IMG/VR virus record: IMGVR_UViG_3300037478_000506
Span: 1-33,111 of that record
DNA length: 33,111 nucleotides
From: a virus
Taxonomy: Duplodnaviria > Caudoviricetes
Direction: 5' to 3' (one strand)
A program made the translations under genes and the position numbers. Shown here piece after piece: positions 32,647-33,111 of the stretch. Numbering within the stretch: the first letter of the stretch is position 1; each line of letters opens with the position of its first letter. A model generated the notes under the pieces. The model was not told the origin of the DNA, did no database searches, and saw only the letters and a list, made by a program, of their open reading frames with translations.

Positions 32647-33111
32647 CTACGACCCACCGAGCTCCGCGCACGCATAGTCGAACGCCCGATTCAAATGCGC
32701 CATCGCCGCGCCGTCGTCATGCGTCACGTCGGGATGCCGCTGTTTCGCGAGATCACGGAACGCCTGCTTGACCTCGTCGACGGTGACGTGCCCCACCTGG
32801 AGCCCGAACACGGTGCGCCAGTCGGCCGCGGTGTCGGCTGGCAGCGCCGTGTAGCCCGACAGCGCCTGCTCGATCGTACCCACGCCGTATCGCGCCTGCC
32901 GTCGAATCGCGTCGATGTGCCACGCGATCGCGGTGATGTTGTCGGCGACCCGCGTCCATTTGTCCACCGCGAGCACCGTAGCGCGTCCCTTGAACACGAA
33001 ATACACGGCGGCGCCCGGGTCGCTCGGCTCCTGTTCACTGCGCGGGCGCCCGTCCAGCCGAAGACTGAGGTTGGTCGACAACACCGGGTGCGTCGCCCCG
33101 AGGAGATCGAG
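32647..33111 (-). CDS. Phage J-domain (DnaJ-like) protein, 5' end outside the window
   Basis: STN...DG.P...DPGAAVYF...DN..AIA..IDAIR...RYGV N-domain and a C-terminal J domain with KQRHPD. The frame is open to the window edge. Confidence 0.9.
   Translation of the reverse strand, partial: LDLLGATHPVLSTNLSLRLDGRPRSEQEPSDPGAAVYFVFKGRATVLAVDKWTRVADNITAIAWHIDAIRRQARYGVGTIEQALSGYTALPADTAADWRTVFGLQVGHVTVDEVKQAFRDLAKQRHPDVTHDDGAAMAHLNRAFDYACAELGGS

Overview
High-GC (roughly 70% by eye) temperate podovirus genome segment whose gene order resembles BPP-1/epsilon15-type phages. The window opens with the 3' end of a tyrosine integrase (+). Next comes the 3' half of a tRNA-Arg(TCT) with phage genes on both sides, i.e. 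an intact attP. Everything else is one long, tightly coupled minus-strand operon. Read in transcription order (right to left) it encodes: a J-domain protein and small accessory genes, small and large terminase, a GNAT, portal, scaffold, major capsid, cement protein, two Rossmann/GT29-GT42-like proteins, a secreted protein plus a lipoprotein, a 799-aa propeller-type protein, tail tubular A and B, three ejection proteins (the largest a 2445-aa polyvalent protein), tail-fibre-type genes, and a lysis cassette (holin candidate, SleB-type endolysin, alpha/beta hydrolase). The most unusual signals are: (1) signal-peptide-like hydrophobic leaders on both the major capsid protein and the large terminase; (2) a glycosyltransferase-like gene pair right after the capsid genes, one fused in frame to a small head-module protein; (3) the same CBM5/12-like cassette inserted in both tail tubular proteins, 58/63 nt identical; (4) a LysB-like esterase in the lysis cassette. 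All family calls come from motif recognition and gene order, not from database searches.
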